Source of the DNA: Carcharhinus amblyrhynchos | Taxonomy: Eukaryota | Assembly (NCBI GenBank): GCA_965287045.1 | Contig: OZ336897.1 | Coordinates: 9,610,001-9,674,000 of the forward strand | DNA: 64,000 nt | Direction: 5' to 3' | In this document: piece by piece, positions 63,036 to 64,000 of the stretch | Numbering within the stretch: position 1 is the stretch's first letter | Layout of the letters: every line of letters begins with the position of its first letter | Position numbers and translations under genes: made by a program | The notes under the pieces: model-generated | Told to the model about the DNA's origin: nothing | Databases searched by the model: none | Seen by the model: the letters and a program-made list of their open reading frames with translations, nothing else

Positions 63036-63355
63036 TCCACATAGTATATATTGTTGCCTAATTTGTAAAAATCCATAAAGAGCTCAGAACTAATTAGTAG
63101 GGAGCAATTGTCATGTGTTAGCGTTTCAGGGGACCATTTCACAGCCACACTATAGTTTGATGTGTAACACAAGTTTAATCAGACCTTCTGTTGTGCAAGG
63201 CAGCGTGTCAAGTTAAAGGTAAAGATATTTGATCTTTCTCATTTTAAAGTGTAATTATTACCAACATCTGGGAGCCAAAAGTCAAGAACACATGGCACAC
63301 AGTATTCTGTTTTTCCAGAAAATTTTGGTTGTTCTTCTTTTGTGCTAAAGTGACT

Positions 63356-63476
63356 TACCTGAAGGAGCAGCACTCTGAAAGCTCGTGCTACCAAATAAAG
63401 CTTTTGGACTTTAACCTGGTGTTGAGAGATTACTTAGTGTGCCTACCCCAGTCCAACGCCGGCAATTCCACATTAT
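63356..63476 (+). mobile_element. Penelope pLTR-derived fragment (family A)
   Basis: CCTGA AGGAGCAGCACTCT GAAAGCTC (3-nt deletion in the CUGAUGA box)...CCCCAGTCCAACGCCGGCA. Confidence 0.72.
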
Positions 63477-64000
63477 TACGCCAAAATGAATGTTAATGCT
63501 AAAACCATGTACCTGCAATTTGCTGCTAAGGCAATTATATATTTAACAATTGTGCATTATGTACATGAGAAGATAAAGGATATGCTACCCTGAACAGTGC
63601 TGCATTTGATAAAAGAGACAAGACTAACAAGGAATACACTGAATCTAAAATAGTTAGTTAGGCATTAAATACCTTAATGGAATAATTACAATACATCTGT
63701 TCACCTCTCTGAACCAGTTTGTTTTTTTTAAAACAGTGAAGTGCCACTTCTTACGCCACTGCCCAACAGCAATTCTGCTAATTACAGTGTTAGATTTGGG
63801 TTTTTAATTATACAACTAACAAGGCTTGAACGCTTAGCATTTTGATCTACATTTACAGAACACAATAAAATTATACCAAAATGACCTCTTCCTACTGCAT
63901 CGACCCCAAATAGTTGAAACAGATGGAATATGATGAGTTAGGTGCTCTAGTACAGCAATAGCTTTATGAAATTAATCAGCAAACCTTTTTTGTTTGCAAA

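Noticed and set aside
58916-64000. Upstream non-coding GLCE exon or promoter
   Set aside because: No CpG island or confident exon is visible; it probably lies beyond the window or needs transcript data.
1-64000. CRISPR array, operon or prokaryotic defence system
   Set aside because: The sequence is eukaryotic with spliceosomal introns; repeats are dispersed transposons, not regularly spaced direct repeats.

Overview
Vertebrate nuclear DNA, most likely from a shark. The repeat content (HE1-like V-SINEs, CR1/HER1-like LINEs, Deu-domain SINEs, Penelope, Rex1/Babar) points to an elasmobranch; the species cannot be fixed from sequence alone. There is one host gene, GLCE (heparan sulfate D-glucuronyl C5-epimerase), on the minus strand. 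Its three coding exons (58290-58902, 26261-26503, 23240-24264) join in frame through GT-AG introns of 31,786 and 1,996 bp to give a 626-aa protein, followed by a probable ~3.4-kb 3'UTR ending near 19.84 kb. The promoter and upstream non-coding exon(s) were not identified. The remainder is transposon debris: young and old CR1 LINEs, SINEs, Rex1, L2 and Tx1-like fragments, a dead PIF/Harbinger transposase and a dead hAT transposon. The most notable items are an inverted Penelope insertion with GIY-YIG remnants and minimal hammerhead-ribozyme motifs, dispersed palindromic Penelope-derived mini-elements, an ATG-ATG-TGA micro-uORF 2 nt before the GLCE start codon, and near-identical inverted CR1 copies flanking the symmetric 243-nt exon. 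I found no convincing evidence of a wholly new multi-gene system. Repeat families were assigned from recalled consensus motifs, not a database search, and repeat boundaries are approximate.
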